DNA from: Diadema antillarum | Lineage: Eukaryota | NCBI RefSeq assembly: GCF_040938485.1 | Contig: NW_027271529.1 | Coordinates: 682,001-746,000 of the forward strand | Length of the DNA: 64,000 nucleotides | Reading direction: 5' to 3' | Shown: in pieces, positions 63,691 through 64,000 of the stretch | How the letters are laid out: each line of letters starts with the position of its first letter | Numbering within the stretch: the first letter of the stretch is position 1 | Position numbers and translations under genes: made by a program | Notes under the pieces: generated by a model | What the model saw: the letters and a program-made list of their open reading frames with translations, nothing else | Told to the model about the DNA's origin: nothing | Databases searched by the model: none

Positions 63691-63878
63691 CAGACCTCCC
63701 AACCTTTATGACTGAAAAATAAGGATGATTTGGCTCAAAAGTAGGAAAGAAAGAGAAGTTACCATAGGAGCGTGTAGTAAAATTATCCAGAAAAATAGAA
63801 AACTCCTGTTGAAACAAGAGCTGGAAATGGCCAAAATTCAAATTCTTTCCTCCAAATTCAGTATGGTTGGGAGGTCTG
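63691..63878. mobile_element. MITE with TIR CAGACCTCCCAACC
   Basis: Perfect 14-bp TIR; a diverged colinear copy lies at 29791-29983. Confidence 0.8.
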
Positions 63879-64000
63879 AGACAATGTCACTGCTCTCAAG
63901 CTACATAGCCTATGTGTCCCACTTTCACTAGTTGCATTGAGCATACTTCACACAGTGAATTTATTCACCATTCACAAAGTATCACTTCACCATTCACACT

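Overview
AT-rich, intron-rich genomic DNA from an invertebrate animal, probably a deuterostome such as a sea urchin (inferred from protein style and repeat types, not proven). It has four assembly gaps. I built four genes by hand, and every splice phase I could check is consistent. (1) Rab5, first coding exon on the minus strand (3313-3472). (2) A complete 9-exon EFHB/CFAP21 on the plus strand (12667-21268, 594 aa). (3) A 7-exon AT-hook plus C2H2 zinc-finger gene on the minus strand (about 49645 to 36302, about 982 aa) with an unnamed helical N-terminal module. (4) A 3-exon ependymin-related gene on the plus strand (51651-56415, 388 aa) with long N- and C-terminal extensions. The rest is non-autonomous transposons: TA-flanked Tc1/mariner-type MITEs, Harbinger-type, Kolobok-type and Helentron/HINE-type elements, unclassified MITEs with 5-bp target duplications, a decayed LINE and a tRNA-derived SINE, several of them nested. 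Best leads: a pair of minimal, probably dimer-dependent hammerhead ribozyme motifs with a compensatory base change (62318-62603, minus strand); the extended ependymin bracketed by an inverted transposon pair; the orphan module fused to the zinc-finger protein; a 72-bp coding-like repeat with tyrosine motifs; and RFX X-boxes downstream of EFHB. No database searches were run, so family assignments rest on recognised motifs.
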